From Bacteroidia bacterium (GTDB lineage Bacteria > Bacteroidota > Bacteroidia > Bacteroidales > VadinHA17): a stretch of DNA of 64,000 bases. Of this stretch, positions 50,586-61,101 are shown one piece after another. Each line of letters opens with the position of its first letter. Position 1 is the stretch's first letter. The translations under genes and the position numbers were made by a program. The notes beneath the pieces were generated by a model, which was given only the letters and a program-made list of their open reading frames with translations, had not been told where the DNA came from and ran no database searches. Where the stretch lies: positions 96,001-160,000 of the forward strand of contig JAPLDX010000056.1 in the NCBI GenBank assembly GCA_026391215.1, given 5' to 3'.

Positions 50586-52130
50586 TCAAAATGGAGGGAG
50601 TCCGTGTTTCTTGGCAGGCATCTGAATTAGTTTATTTTCAGATATTGTCAGTGAATGCAACAGGAATTTCCTCGTCTCAGTCGGTTCTATAACTGCATCG
50701 ACATATCCGCGGGAAGCTGCAACATAAGGATTTGCAAATTTCTCCTTATACTCTTCAACTTTTTGTTTCCTTGTGCCATCCGGATCATCAGATGACATAA
50801 TCTCCTTCCTGAAGATAATGTTTGCAGCGCCTTCCGGGCCCATAACTGCTATCTCTGCTGCAGGCCATGCAAATACAAAGTCAGCCCTGAGATGGCGTGA
50901 AGACATTGCAATATATCCTCCGCCGTAAGCCTTCCTCAGAATAACTGTTATTTTCGGGACAGTTGCTTCGCTGTATGCATAAAGAACCTTTGCGCCATGC
51001 CGAATTACTCCTGCATGCTCCTGATCAACACCGGGCATGTATCCCGGGAGATCAACAAGAGTTACAATAGGAATGTTAAAGGCATCACAATAACGTATGA
51101 ACCTGGCTGCCTTATCTGAAGAATCAACATCAAGAACTCCTGCCATTTCAAGCGGCTGATTTGCAACAAATCCGGTTGTTTTCCCATTCATCCTGCCAAA
51201 GCCTATCACTATATTCCTGGCATAATGTTCCATTATCTCAAAGAAATCCGAATTATCGACAACAGCACAGATAACATCCTTCACATCATACGGTAAAGTT
51301 GGATCATCAGGAACAATCTTTTCAATATCGAATTCAGGTCTTGGTTCTCCAGGATCAAACGCCCTCGCTTTTCTTTCGTTATTCCATGGAATGAAAGTTA
51401 TAAGTTTCTTGATTTGCTCAAAACACTCATCCTCGGTCATGGCAAAGAAATGTGCATTACCGGTTATTTCACTATGAATCCGTGCCCCGCCCAGGTCTTC
51501 CATCGATATTTCTTCGCCGAGAACTGTTTTTATCACTTCCGGCCCTGTGATGAACATCTTCGATATATTGTCGACAACGAAAACAAAATCGGTGAGGGCA
51601 GGTGAATAGACTGCTCCGCCTGCACAGGGACCAAGTATTACCGATATCTGCGGGATCACACCGCTGGAAATAGTGTTTCGGAAAAAGATCTCGCCATAGC
51701 CGGCCAGTGAATTGACTCCCTCCTGTATCCTGGCTCCGCCCGAGTCGTTAATGCCGATAAGCGGCATTCTCATTTTCAGGGCATGATCCATGATTTTTGT
51801 AATTTTCCTTGAATGCATTAATCCCAGTGATCCGCCTGCAACAGTGAAATCCTGTGCAAAGATTGCCACCGGAGCGCCGTAAATAGTCCCTGAACCAATA
51901 ATTACACCATCGCTGGCAAGTATTTTCTTATCCATATCAAAATCCCGGGCGTCATGCTCTACAAAAAGATCATATTCATTGAAAGAATCCTCATCGAGAA
52001 GAGCCATGATACGCTCACGCGCAGTTCTCTTCCCCATAGCTTTCTGCTTTTCAATAGCCTGTTCTCCCCCTCCAAGCAAAAGCTTTTCCCTCTTATCGTG
52101 CAATTCTTTAATTTTTTTATTAAGTGCCAT
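50586..52130 (-). CDS. Acyl-CoA carboxylase beta subunit (propionyl/methylmalonyl-CoA carboxyltransferase)
   Basis: TARERI, DSGGARIQEG, GPCAGGAVYSP, RKAYGG, KKHG. Confidence 0.95.
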   Translation of the reverse strand: MALNKKIKELHDKREKLLLGGGEQAIEKQKAMGKRTARERIMALLDEDSFNEYDLFVEHDARDFDMDKKILASDGVIIGSGTIYGAPVAIFAQDFTVAGGSLGLMHSRKITKIMDHALKMRMPLIGINDSGGARIQEGVNSLAGYGEIFFRNTISSGVIPQISVILGPCAGGAVYSPALTDFVFVVDNISKMFITGPEVIKTVLGEEISMEDLGGARIHSEITGNAHFFAMTEDECFEQIKKLITFIPWNNERKARAFDPGEPRPEFDIEKIVPDDPTLPYDVKDVICAVVDNSDFFEIMEHYARNIVIGFGRMNGKTTGFVANQPLEMAGVLDVDSSDKAARFIRYCDAFNIPIVTLVDLPGYMPGVDQEHAGVIRHGAKVLYAYSEATVPKITVILRKAYGGGYIAMSSRHLRADFVFAWPAAEIAVMGPEGAANIIFRKEIMSSDDPDGTRKQKVEEYKEKFANPYVAASRGYVDAVIEPTETRKFLLHSLTISENKLIQMPAKKHGLPPF

Positions 52131-52207
52131 ATAATGATGGTTTTATAATTATTTCCTGTCTGACAGGTCAGGGGTACAAGTTTAAATAAAATGTGTGATT
52201 AAAAAAA

Positions 52208-53305
52208 CTATTTCGGAGCCAATTTATAGAGTACCAGTGCAATGACAATATATATAAGATTGGGTATCCACATTGCCAGCATTGGGTCAAGGTTCCCCTT
52301 GATAGAAAACTGAGATGCAAACTGCAGGAATAGTATATATGAGAAACTAAGTGCAAGACCTATTCCGATACTCATGCCTATTCCTCCCCTGATCCTTTTT
52401 GAGGAAAGAGACACTCCTATCAACGTAAGAATAAAAACAGCAAAGGGGTGTGCATACCGCCGGTGCTTTTCAATAAGGAAAACTTTAAGCTCATCTGATC
52501 CCTGAAGCTTAAGCAGATCAATATAATCATTCAGCTCACTGAATGTCATTGTGCCTGTAAATCCCGGATCTCGTGAAAAATCACTCGGACTTATGGTGAG
52601 GGTTGTATCCACCTTTATTCCCCTGGTCACAACTTCTTCATTACCATCTATTTCTCTTAAAATATAATTGGCAGCTATCCATTTTGAAGATACAGAATCC
52701 CATAGTACAGATGGAGAAGAGAGCTTGGAAACAAGCTTCCCGTTTTCATTGAACTTCTCTATTGTGAAATTGCGACCCCGTAAATATATCGGGCTGTATG
52801 ATTCCATATAGACATAGATGTTTTTATACACCTGCCTGTGAATATTCTCAACATTTACTTTCCTCCATTGGGGACGGTAATATTTATCTTCAAAATCCAT
52901 TCTTTCCAGGGTTGTCTGGGGAATCACAAAATTGGTGAGATAGAATATAAATACTGCAATTACCAGCGACGACAGGAAATATGGCCACATCATCCTCCTG
53001 AAGCTCATCCCGCTGTTCAGGATGGCAATGATCTCCGTATTGACTGCCATTCGTGAAGTGAAAAAGATCACTGCAATAAAAACAAAAAGAGGGGCAAACA
53101 GAGTGGCAAAATATGGAATGAAATTGAAATAATAGTCGAATATAACAGCTTTCCATGGTGCCGATTTTTCCATGAAGTTGTCGATCTTCTCCGCAAGGTC
53201 AAATACAACGGCAATGGTCATGATCAGGACAAGACAGAAGAAGAAAGTACCCAGGAATTTTCTGATGATATACCTGTCGATTATTTTCAGCCTCAGAGAA
53301 TTCAT
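52208..53305 (-). CDS. lptG: LptF/LptG family permease
   Basis: IIDRYIIRKFL, NTEIIAILNSGMS, WIPN; ATG 53305 overlaps tgt stop (ATGA). Confidence 0.85.
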   Translation of the reverse strand: MNSLRLKIIDRYIIRKFLGTFFFCLVLIMTIAVVFDLAEKIDNFMEKSAPWKAVIFDYYFNFIPYFATLFAPLFVFIAVIFFTSRMAVNTEIIAILNSGMSFRRMMWPYFLSSLVIAVFIFYLTNFVIPQTTLERMDFEDKYYRPQWRKVNVENIHRQVYKNIYVYMESYSPIYLRGRNFTIEKFNENGKLVSKLSSPSVLWDSVSSKWIAANYILREIDGNEEVVTRGIKVDTTLTISPSDFSRDPGFTGTMTFSELNDYIDLLKLQGSDELKVFLIEKHRRYAHPFAVFILTLIGVSLSSKRIRGGIGMSIGIGLALSFSYILFLQFASQFSIKGNLDPMLAMWIPNLIYIVIALVLYKLAPK

Positions 53306-54429
53306 AAGCGTTCTGAAAGTATTCTTATCATTGACTCTTTCCATATTTTGAAATTCCCTTTTACTATTTGTTCCCTGGCTTCTCTGACCAGACTCATATA
53401 AAACGCAAGATTATGAATACTTGATATCTCTGATCCCAGTATTTCTCCCGAAATAATAAGATGTCTCAGGTAGGCTTTGGAATATTTCAGACTTACCGTT
53501 GAAGGACCTGCGGGATCAATCGGACTGAAATCATTGCTCCACCTGTTATTCTTTATGTTTATTATCCCCTGTGATGTAAACAGCATCCCATTGCGGCCAT
53601 TGCGCGTGGGCATGACACAGTCAAACATATCAACTCCCCTGTCAATTGCTTCCAGGATATTGACAGGGGTTCCGACACCCATAAGATATCTCGGCTTATC
53701 CTCAGGCAGGATACCATTGACAATTTCTATTGTTCTGTACATCTCTTCGGCAGGTTCTCCAACGGATAATCCGCCTATTGCATTTCCAGCCATTCCTGCT
53801 TTGGCTGCTTTCTCAGCCGAAATCTTTCTCAGGTCATCAAATATCCCTCCCTGTACTATCGGGAAAAGGAACTGTTCATAATCCCATAAAGGATCTGTGT
53901 TTCTGAACTGTTCCACTGCCCTCTCCAGCCAGTGATGTGTAAGTGCAACGGACTTTTTAGCATATTCATAATCGCATGGGAACGGAGCGCATTCATCAAG
54001 CACCATCATTATGTCGGAGCCTATAATCCTCTGAATATCAATTGTATTTTCCGGAGTAAAAGTATGTTCTGATCCATCAATATGCGATTTAAAGACCGCC
54101 CCCTTGTCAATAAGCTTCCTGTTGCCGGCAAGGGAAAAAACCTGGTAACCCCCGCTGTCAGTGAGAATTGGCAGCTCCCATGACATGAACTTATGAAGCC
54201 CTCCTGCAGCCTTGATTATGGAGGTTCCCGGACGAAGATAAAGGTGATATGTGTTGGCCAGGATGATCTTTGCCTTTATATCCTCCTTAAGATCACGCTG
54301 GAGTATGCCCTTGACAGTTCCTCCTGTGCCTACCGGCATGAATATCGGAGTTGGAATGTCCCCGTGGTGAGTCGATAAAAAGCCTGCTCTTGCTTTTGTT
54401 TCCTTGTCCCTGCTCTCTATCCTGAACAT
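53302..54429 (-). CDS. tgt: tRNA-guanine transglycosylase
   Basis: TPIFMPVGT, NTYHLYLRPG, TDSGGYQVFSL, DMFDCVMPTRNGR. Confidence 0.98.
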   Translation of the reverse strand: MFRIESRDKETKARAGFLSTHHGDIPTPIFMPVGTGGTVKGILQRDLKEDIKAKIILANTYHLYLRPGTSIIKAAGGLHKFMSWELPILTDSGGYQVFSLAGNRKLIDKGAVFKSHIDGSEHTFTPENTIDIQRIIGSDIMMVLDECAPFPCDYEYAKKSVALTHHWLERAVEQFRNTDPLWDYEQFLFPIVQGGIFDDLRKISAEKAAKAGMAGNAIGGLSVGEPAEEMYRTIEIVNGILPEDKPRYLMGVGTPVNILEAIDRGVDMFDCVMPTRNGRNGMLFTSQGIINIKNNRWSNDFSPIDPAGPSTVSLKYSKAYLRHLIISGEILGSEISSIHNLAFYMSLVREAREQIVKGNFKIWKESMIRILSERL

Positions 54430-54453
54430 AATACCGGGTTATTTCTGGCAGCA

Positions 54454-54461
54454 CAAATGTA
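54454..54461 (-). promoter_or_regulatory. -7 promoter element for tgt operon
   Basis: TACATTTG on minus strand. Confidence 0.55.
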
Positions 54462-54552
54462 ATTCATCCGTTCGGGCTGTGGAAATTATCATCATTTTTT
54501 TTCACCATTCCGATTATCTTAATTAATATTGCGGCGGTATTACGAAAGTCAG

Positions 54553-55683
54553 ATGATGTTCCGTGACAATCCGTTTTTATTGATAGTTTTCATACTATTA
54601 GCTCTATCCGCTGCGATACAGCTTTTCTATTACCTGTACTTTTATCTTGCTGTAATTCTCTATAAACACGCTAACCCGGCAACTGACAGGAAGCCTGTCT
54701 CAGTAATCATCTGTGCAAGGAATGAATCAGCTAACCTTGAAAAATTTCTGCCTGCAGTGCTTGAACAGGATTATCCTGAATATGAAGTAATAGTTGTTAA
54801 CGACTGTTCTGAAGATGATTCTTATGATGTGCTCGGGAAATATCTTCAGCAATATCCGCATTTAAAGATATCCAATGTTAATAAGGATCCAAAATTTACT
54901 CACAATAAGAAGTTTGCCCAATTCATCGGTATTAAGGCAGCCACAAATGATATGCTCCTTTTTACGGATGCGGATTGCAAGCCTGTGTCTGACAGATGGA
55001 TCGAAGGAATGGCATCTCATTTTGACGGTAAGACTGATTTTGTTCTCGGTTACGGCGGATATCTTACAGGGAAAGGATTTTTAAATAGATATATAAGGTA
55101 CGACACTCTGGCTATCGCTATGCAATATCTCGGGATGGCTATCCGTGGAATCCCTTATATGGGTGTCGGACGTAACCTGGCGTACAGGCGCTCTTTGTTT
55201 TTTGACAAGAAGGGATTCGGATCCCACAATCGTGTAATTTCAGGAGATGATGATCTTTTTGTCAACTCAAATGCCGGCAAGAGCAATACAAGTGTTGAAT
55301 TCAGGGGAAGTACGCATACAAGATCAATTCCGACTTCCTCATTTGCAGACTGGATGAAACAGAAGAAAAGACACTTGAGTACAGCTCCCTATTACAAACT
55401 GTCAGACAAGGTTCTTCTAATCACTGAACCCTTTACCCGTGTACTTTTTTATGCTTCATTTTTTGTACTGATATCTTACCTTTTTCTGTGGCAGTATGTA
55501 TTGATAATCTTTGGCTTAAGACTTGTAACGCATATAACCGTGCTGGCGCTTGGACAGAAGAAGCTGAATGAACCGGGGCTTGCAGTATATTCATTATTTT
55601 TTGATATCTTTTCACCGGTAATAAACGCAACTGTTTATTTAAGCAATATATTGACCAGATCGGGTAAGAACTTATGGAAATAA
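54553..55683 (+). CDS. Glycosyltransferase family 2, membrane-bound
   Basis: VSVIICARNE, VVNDCSED, FTDADC, SGDDDLF, QKKRH. Confidence 0.92.
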   Translation: MMFRDNPFLLIVFILLALSAAIQLFYYLYFYLAVILYKHANPATDRKPVSVIICARNESANLEKFLPAVLEQDYPEYEVIVVNDCSEDDSYDVLGKYLQQYPHLKISNVNKDPKFTHNKKFAQFIGIKAATNDMLLFTDADCKPVSDRWIEGMASHFDGKTDFVLGYGGYLTGKGFLNRYIRYDTLAIAMQYLGMAIRGIPYMGVGRNLAYRRSLFFDKKGFGSHNRVISGDDDLFVNSNAGKSNTSVEFRGSTHTRSIPTSSFADWMKQKKRHLSTAPYYKLSDKVLLITEPFTRVLFYASFFVLISYLFLWQYVLIIFGLRLVTHITVLALGQKKLNEPGLAVYSLFFDIFSPVINATVYLSNILTRSGKNLWK

Positions 55684-56270
55684 ACCAGGGTCTGTCGGAC
55701 AAGGCAAAGAGTGATCTTTTGATGGTTGATGAGGCGAAAAAGGGCAATGAAAAAGCTTTCGCCGGCCTTATGAACCGGTACAGGGATTCCATTTACTATA
55801 TGCTGCTCAAGATGGTAAACAACCCATCCGATGCCGAAGACCTGACGATTGAGGCTTTCGGCAAAGCCTTCAGAAACATTGATTCATATACACCCCGCTA
55901 TGCTTTTAGCACCTGGCTCTTCATGATTGCAACCAATAATTGCATAGACTTTGTACGGAAAAAGCAATCTTCTCCTGTCCCATTCGACCAGGGAAATGAA
56001 GGTATGGATAACATCACAAGCAATATTCAGTCCGATCTTCCTGATCCTGAAGAAACGCTAATCAATGACCAGAAAATTGCGATACTGAGGAAGATAGTCA
56101 ATCAGTTAAAATCACCATACAAGGAAATTATTGAACTTAGATATTACAAGGAATATTCCTATGAAGAGATCGCATCTGAACTCAATATGCCCATAGGAAC
56201 TGTCAAAGCCCAGCTATACAGGGCAAAAACATTGTTATACAACATCTTCATAAAAACTGGCAACCGGTAA
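55674..56270 (+). CDS. ECF RNA polymerase sigma factor
   Basis: DAEDLTIEAFGKAF, FSTWLF, SYEEIA..GTVKAQLYRA. Confidence 0.95.
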   Translation: MEINQGLSDKAKSDLLMVDEAKKGNEKAFAGLMNRYRDSIYYMLLKMVNNPSDAEDLTIEAFGKAFRNIDSYTPRYAFSTWLFMIATNNCIDFVRKKQSSPVPFDQGNEGMDNITSNIQSDLPDPEETLINDQKIAILRKIVNQLKSPYKEIIELRYYKEYSYEEIASELNMPIGTVKAQLYRAKTLLYNIFIKTGNR

Positions 56271-56893
56271 TGACGGATAACATATTCCGATATTTCCCTT
56301 CATTTTCTGCTGTTCAGAAGGAAAAAATATCCCTGCTAAAACCCATTTATGCAAAGTGGAACAGCATGATAAACCTGATCTCCAGAAAAGACATTGATAA
56401 TTTCTTCATTCATCATGTGCTTCATTCACTTTCAATTGCAAAGGTCATCACTTTCATTCCAGGCACACGGATCCTTGATGTCGGCACAGGAGGAGGATTT
56501 CCTGGAATACCTCTTGCAATAATGTTTCCAGGATCTGAATTCACTCTCCTCGATTCTATAGCCAAAAAAATAAAAGTAGTCTCTGCAGTTGCTGAAGAGC
56601 TTAAGCTGGAAAATGTAAAAACAGTAAGAAAAAGAGCTGAGGAAGAAGAAGAAAAATACGACTTTATTATCGGAAGGGCAGTCACCAGCTTACCGCAGTT
56701 TGAAGGACTTGTCTCAAAAAATATCTTAAAATCAGGCTGCAATACATTAAGAAACGGGATTATATACCTGAAAGGAGGTGACCTGGATGAGGAGACTTCT
56801 ATGTTCAGGGACAGGGTTACTATATGGAATATCGGAGTGTTTTTTGATGAACCTTTCTTTGAAACAAAAAAGATTGTCCATCTGTCTGTCTGA
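56270..56893 (+). CDS. rsmG: 16S rRNA G527 N7-methyltransferase
   Basis: WNSMINLISR, HVLHSL, DVGTGGGFPGIPLAI, YLKGG. Confidence 0.96.
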   Translation: MTDNIFRYFPSFSAVQKEKISLLKPIYAKWNSMINLISRKDIDNFFIHHVLHSLSIAKVITFIPGTRILDVGTGGGFPGIPLAIMFPGSEFTLLDSIAKKIKVVSAVAEELKLENVKTVRKRAEEEEEKYDFIIGRAVTSLPQFEGLVSKNILKSGCNTLRNGIIYLKGGDLDEETSMFRDRVTIWNIGVFFDEPFFETKKIVHLSV

Positions 56894-56941
56894 TTATTCC
56901 GAAAAAAAAATCAAGCCCGGCTTTTAAATTAAAAAAAACGC

Positions 56942-56949
56942 TATATTTG
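56942..56949 (+). promoter_or_regulatory. -7 promoter element for rpmH
   Basis: TATATTTG. Confidence 0.6.
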
Positions 56950-56992
56950 CGGTCTGAAATAAAAAGTGTACTTACATTAAATCAATACACAG

Positions 56993-57151
56993 ATGAAAAG
57001 GACATATCAGCCATCACGAAGGAAAAGGGCAAACAAGCATGGATTCAGGGAAAGAATGTCCACATCCAATGGAAGAAGGGTGCTTGCTTCACGCAGGGCA
57101 AAAGGGAGAAAGAAGCTTTCAGTAACCCCCGAGCTCAAATTAAAAGGATAA
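56993..57151 (+). CDS. rpmH: 50S ribosomal protein L34 (below ORF-track cutoff)
   Basis: [52 protein letters not shown]. Confidence 0.98.
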   Translation: MKRTYQPSRRKRANKHGFRERMSTSNGRRVLASRRAKGRKKLSVTPELKLKG

Positions 57152-57173
57152 CACAAGTTTAAGATAGAAGTGC

Positions 57174-57200
57174 AAAGGTGCCATTCAAGGCACCTTTTTT
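57174..57200 (+). terminator. Rho-independent terminator after rpmH
   Basis: aaaggtgcc-attcaa-ggcaccttt followed by T-run. Confidence 0.8.
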
Positions 57201-57228
57201 GTTAATTTTACAGCAACCGGCAATCAGA

Positions 57229-58329
57229 ATGAACGAACTTCTTGATTATATTAATGATCCTGATATCAGGAAAATAGCAGGTAAAATAATTGCTGATACC
57301 AGGATCTCTCCCGAGGATGGTCTGCTTCTTTTTACAAAAGCCGGACTGCCTCTTCTCGGAATGCTGACAGGGATTGTCAGAAGGAGAAAAAACAACGGTT
57401 TTGCATACTATATCCGTAATTTCCATATTGAGCCGACGAACAAATGCGTCTATAACTGCCGCTTTTGCTCTTATCATAAATCTTCTTCGGATCCTGATAG
57501 CTGGGAATACAGCCATGAGCAAATGCTTGAAATAGTCATGAAGTTCAATGATAAAGAAGTAAGTGAAGCTCATATAGTCGGAGGCGTACATCCTTCTTAC
57601 GATCTTCACTACTATGGCAGCCTGATAAAAAAAATAAGACAGCTGAGACCTTCGCTTCATATCAAAGCATTCTCTGCACCTGAGCTGGATTATATGATAA
57701 AATTGACCGGTATGACAGTTGAGGAGGGCTTGTACAGGCTGAAAGAGTATGGCCTTGATTCAATTCCCGGAGGAGGTGCTGAGATTTTTGATGAAAAGCT
57801 CAGGGCTGAAATATGCAATGAAAAAACATCCTCCGAATCATGGCTTTCTATTCATGAAACAGCACATAAGCTGGGAATACCATCCAATGCTACAATGCTT
57901 TACGGACACTTTGAGACATATGCACACAGGATAGACCATATGGAAAGGCTACGTAAGCTTCAGGACAGAACCGGAGGATTCAATGCCTTTATTCCCCTGA
58001 AATTCAAAAAGGCAAACAACAGTATGTCGTACCTCGGCGAGGTTAGCATTATTGAAGACTTGCGCAATTATGCAGTCTCGAGGATCTATCTGGATAACAT
58101 TCAACACATTAAAGCTTACTGGCCCATGACAGGAAAGGCAGCTGCTCAGCTCAGCCTTTCTTTCGGTGCTGATGATCTTGACGGGACAATTGATGATACT
58201 ACCAGGATCTATTCGATGGCCGGGGCTGAGGAACAGAATCCTGTTATGACAACCGATGAAATATGCAAGCTGATAGCTGATGCCGGCTTTGAACCAGTTG
58301 AAAGAGATTCACTGTATAACAGGATTTAA
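57229..58329 (+). CDS. mqnE: CofH/MqnE-family radical SAM, probable aminofutalosine synthase
   Basis: NFHIEPTNKCVYNCRFC, HIVGG, PGGGAEIF, HIKAYW, SFGADDLDGT; likely start ATG 57229. Confidence 0.8.
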   Translation: MNELLDYINDPDIRKIAGKIIADTRISPEDGLLLFTKAGLPLLGMLTGIVRRRKNNGFAYYIRNFHIEPTNKCVYNCRFCSYHKSSSDPDSWEYSHEQMLEIVMKFNDKEVSEAHIVGGVHPSYDLHYYGSLIKKIRQLRPSLHIKAFSAPELDYMIKLTGMTVEEGLYRLKEYGLDSIPGGGAEIFDEKLRAEICNEKTSSESWLSIHETAHKLGIPSNATMLYGHFETYAHRIDHMERLRKLQDRTGGFNAFIPLKFKKANNSMSYLGEVSIIEDLRNYAVSRIYLDNIQHIKAYWPMTGKAAAQLSLSFGADDLDGTIDDTTRIYSMAGAEEQNPVMTTDEICKLIADAGFEPVERDSLYNRI

Positions 58330-58348
58330 TTAATGATAATTTTATCAA

Positions 58349-58356
58349 TACATTTG
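58349..58356 (+). promoter_or_regulatory. -7 promoter element for PASTA operon
   Basis: TACATTTG. Confidence 0.55.
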
Positions 58357-58384
58357 CGTTATCACTAATGTACATTTTGCCTGT

Positions 58385-59239
58385 ATGAGCTTTAAAAAAT
58401 TCATTTTCAGCAAAGTATTCCTGAAAAACCTTGGCCTGGCATTTTTAATTGCTGTTGGCGCACTCATTCTATTGCTTTTATGGCTTAATATTTATACCAG
58501 GCATGGTCAGTCCAGAACAGTACCTGATTTTGTGGGACTCAATAAAGAAGAGACTGCAGCTCTTGCCAAAAAGAGCAAAATGAAATACCAGATTCTTGAT
58601 TCTGTTTACACTTCTGTTGTTCCGCGCGGGTGTGTGGCAGAACAGAATCCCAAACCGGGTTTTAAGGTAAAGAAATGGCGTAACATTGTATTGACTATCA
58701 ACGCTTACCGTCCGGAGATGGTGGCTGTGCCTGATCTTATTGATCTCCCTCTGCGGCAGGCAATTGCTCTCATTCAGGATGCCGGGCTGGAAATGGGTGA
58801 ACTCAGGTATAAATCCAACCTTTCAGTAAATTTAGTACTCGGTCAGCAAATTAATGGAAAAGATACTGAACCGGGAGATTCCATCCAGAAAGGCAGTATG
58901 ATTGATCTGGTACTCGGCAAAGGACTCAGTAAACAGAAAACTGCAGTTCCCGATCTCATGGGTATGCATCTTGAACCAGCTAAGAACAGGATTCTGGGAG
59001 CATCTCTTAACCTGGGGACATTTACCTATGATAATACAATCCTTTCAGGTGATGACAGCCTGAACGCGTTTGTTTATAAGCAGAACCCGGAATATGAGGA
59101 TGACGCTACATTACAGCTTGGCGATTTAATTTATTTGTGGCTGACGGTGGATTCCCTCAGATTACCAGTAGATTCTTCTTTGATTGTTTTGCCTGATACA
59201 GTGCTCCCTGCCGGAATCCGGCCCGGAACAACTATTTAA
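58385..59239 (+). CDS. PASTA domain protein
   Basis: TM helix, YTRHGQ, three VPD(F/L)xG-like repeats, QNP. Confidence 0.9.
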   Translation: MSFKKFIFSKVFLKNLGLAFLIAVGALILLLLWLNIYTRHGQSRTVPDFVGLNKEETAALAKKSKMKYQILDSVYTSVVPRGCVAEQNPKPGFKVKKWRNIVLTINAYRPEMVAVPDLIDLPLRQAIALIQDAGLEMGELRYKSNLSVNLVLGQQINGKDTEPGDSIQKGSMIDLVLGKGLSKQKTAVPDLMGMHLEPAKNRILGASLNLGTFTYDNTILSGDDSLNAFVYKQNPEYEDDATLQLGDLIYLWLTVDSLRLPVDSSLIVLPDTVLPAGIRPGTTI

Positions 59240-59244
59240 TCCTG

Positions 59245-61095
59245 ATGTTCAAGAAGGTATTCTTAAATATCATTTTATCGTGTTTGTGCATAGGATTAGC
59301 TAAAGGCCAGGAAATTGTAACAGGCCTTCAGACAAATCTCCTTCTGAAAAATGCTGGTCCTGTTTATACTGAATCAAAGTCACTTGAAGAAGATACTCTT
59401 GAGCTTCCTTTCTTTGATGATTTTTCAGGTCAGCATATTTTCCCTGACAGTAAAAAATGGTCTGATAATTTTGTATTTGTAAACGACACATACAGCGATA
59501 AGCAAATAACCACAGGAATTGCCACCTTTGATGCGCTTAACAGTACGGGGAGGCTATATGAAACGGCTTCTTCCATAGTTTTTGAAGCTGACCATCTTAC
59601 ATCACATCCTTTAAATCTTAACTTTCCTTCAACTGACAACATCTGGTTAAGCTTCCATTTCCAGCCGGGAGGGCTTGCAGATATGCCCGAGGAAAACGAC
59701 AGCCTCACCCTCCAGTTTTTTGCTCCCGCCGAAAGTAAATGGTATTCAGTATGGAACAGCCCGGGAAACAATTACGCTGATTTCAAGGCAGTTATAATTA
59801 AGATAGATCAGGCAAGGTTCCTGAAAAAAGGATTCAGATTCCGCTTCACTAACTATGCAAGTCTCAGTGCAAATCTTATTGATCCTTCAATCGTCAGCAA
59901 CTGTGACCAGTGGAATATTGACTATGTGCTTCTTGATAAAAACAGGAATTCCGGTGATACAGTATATGCTGATGTGGCTTTCAGGTATCCGCTCAGGTCG
60001 CTCCTTAATTCACATGAGGCAATGCCATGGAAGCAATTTATTGAGATCTATTACCAGGAAATGGGTTCAACGATTCCTATTCATTACCGTAACAACGATA
60101 TCATTGAAAGGAATGTAACAAGAAAATTTCAGGTATGGGATGTTTATGACAATGCTCTTTCAGGTAGCTTTTCAGCCGGAGCAACAAATATCTCTCCGCT
60201 TACCAGTGTTGATTATGACGCTTCAAATACTTATACCTTCATTAGCAACAGAAGCGACTCTGCATTATTCAAAATAACATGCTGGCTTATGACAGATGAT
60301 TTTGATCCCAAAGAAAATGATACGCTAGTATATTACCAGCACTTCGGTAACTACTTTGCATTTGATGACGGATCGGCAGAAAGCGGCTATGGAGTTAATG
60401 GCCTGGGATCAAGAAATGCCATGGTGGCGTACAGGTTCAAGTCATTTATCGAGGACACATTAAGAGCAGTAAGTATCTGCTTCAACGATAGTTACATGAA
60501 TTCAAATCTGAGATCATTTGACCTGATGGTATGGGATAATTCAGATGGTCACCCCGGAAATGTTCTTTATACACTTGAGGAGATTATGGTCGAACAGGGA
60601 GATGAAATAAACGGATTTCATACCTATATTCTGCCTTCAGGAGTGGCAGTTAACAATACTTTCTATATAGGATGGAGACAGCGGTCAGAGACTTTCATGA
60701 ATGCAGGGATTGATATCAACACACCTCATAACGGGAAACAGTATTATTGGATAAACGGCAACTGGAATCTTTCCCAGATAACAGGCAGCCTAATGATCAG
60801 ACCGATTGTGGGCCCTTCGCTTTCCACCTCCGTCAATGATATAATTTACAATGATAAAAACATCCTTCATTTCTGGCCAAATCCGGCAAGAGACTATATT
60901 ACAATAGATCCGGGAGACTCACGGTTTTCAGAACTGGTATATATCTCCATATACGATCTTCAGGGGCGCCGTCTGATAAATGTTCCATACAGCGATAAAA
61001 TAGATATATCATCCCTGAATGAAGGTTTATACATTATTACAGCAAGCCGGAATGGAATACCAGCAGGGTACAGTCGTCTTGTAAAAACCAGGTAG
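59245..61095 (+). CDS. T9SS type A sorting domain protein
   Basis: Signal peptide, LPFFDDFS, C-terminal FWPNPARD..IYDLQGR..ISSLNEGLYII. Confidence 0.88.
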   Translation: MFKKVFLNIILSCLCIGLAKGQEIVTGLQTNLLLKNAGPVYTESKSLEEDTLELPFFDDFSGQHIFPDSKKWSDNFVFVNDTYSDKQITTGIATFDALNSTGRLYETASSIVFEADHLTSHPLNLNFPSTDNIWLSFHFQPGGLADMPEENDSLTLQFFAPAESKWYSVWNSPGNNYADFKAVIIKIDQARFLKKGFRFRFTNYASLSANLIDPSIVSNCDQWNIDYVLLDKNRNSGDTVYADVAFRYPLRSLLNSHEAMPWKQFIEIYYQEMGSTIPIHYRNNDIIERNVTRKFQVWDVYDNALSGSFSAGATNISPLTSVDYDASNTYTFISNRSDSALFKITCWLMTDDFDPKENDTLVYYQHFGNYFAFDDGSAESGYGVNGLGSRNAMVAYRFKSFIEDTLRAVSICFNDSYMNSNLRSFDLMVWDNSDGHPGNVLYTLEEIMVEQGDEINGFHTYILPSGVAVNNTFYIGWRQRSETFMNAGIDINTPHNGKQYYWINGNWNLSQITGSLMIRPIVGPSLSTSVNDIIYNDKNILHFWPNPARDYITIDPGDSRFSELVYISIYDLQGRRLINVPYSDKIDISSLNEGLYIITASRNGIPAGYSRLVKTR

Positions 61096-61101
61096 TTAAT
61101 A

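Noticed and set aside
56947-57162. 71-aa ORF in the track
   Set aside because: Overlaps rpmH (56993..57151) in another frame; L34 is unambiguous.
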